From NCBI RefSeq assembly GCF_964355755.1, contig NC_092676.1, positions 27,980,871-28,044,870 on the forward strand: a stretch of DNA of 64,000 bases, in the 5' to 3' direction. Under the pieces are notes generated by a model. The model was not told the DNA's origin. It did no database searches and saw nothing but the letters and a program-made list of their open reading frames with translations. A program made the translations under genes and the position numbers. The stretch is from Antedon mediterranea (taxonomy: Eukaryota > Animalia > Echinodermata). Positions 63,801-64,000 of the stretch are shown one piece after another. Numbering within the stretch: the first letter of the stretch is position 1; the number at the start of each line of letters is the position of its first letter.

Positions 63801-64000
63801 ACAATAACAGAAAGGAAACAAATCAACAAATCCAGTATTTTTAAACTTCACTTTGAATTATAATTTTAAAAGGCATATCAAGTTTGTTTCGTTTGTTACT
63901 ATTTGCAAAAAATAATTCTTCTAGTGAAACTCTGAAGTCACGATTTTCGATGACAAATTCATAACACGTACTGTAGGCCATATGCTTACCCGAAATGCCA

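Noticed and set aside
63587-63829. 80-aa minus-strand ORF as first exon of Alx gene B
   Set aside because: No similarity to gene A exon 1, no eh1 motif, and the visible donor AGG|gtacga would be phase 0 in that frame whereas exon 2 needs phase 1.

Overview
AT-rich (roughly 30-33% GC by eye), intron-containing animal genomic DNA, not prokaryotic. The Alx homeodomain/exon-3 sequence and the SINE content point to an ambulacrarian deuterostome, probably an echinoderm such as a crinoid (inference). Three spliced genes can be built by hand with canonical GT-AG sites and consistent phases. (1) A + strand WSC-domain sulfotransferase (WSCD/sialate O-sulfotransferase-like), 6 coding exons at 418-4526, first exon not found. 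(2) A complete - strand Alx-family PRD-class Q50 homeobox gene ('gene A'), 4 exons at 28734-8561, with eh1/octapeptide, homeodomain and OAR. (3) A second tandem - strand Alx paralog ('gene B'), 60175-50989, first exon uncertain. Neither Alx gene encodes a long extension after ...APRPDAY(A/S)Q, where echinoderm skeletogenic Alx1 carries its D2 motif. Gene A instead has two in-frame donors 12 nt apart at that junction, made by a CAAGTA duplication around GGCCTT that resembles a transposon excision footprint. The non-coding DNA holds tRNA-derived SINEs, several MITE families (including 21-29 bp micro-elements), an L2 tail, minisatellites, over-represented TA-nnnn-TA palindromes, recurrent CG-capped short elements and duplicated TAAT/ATTA arrays. 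Most short ORFs in the supplied track are spurious.
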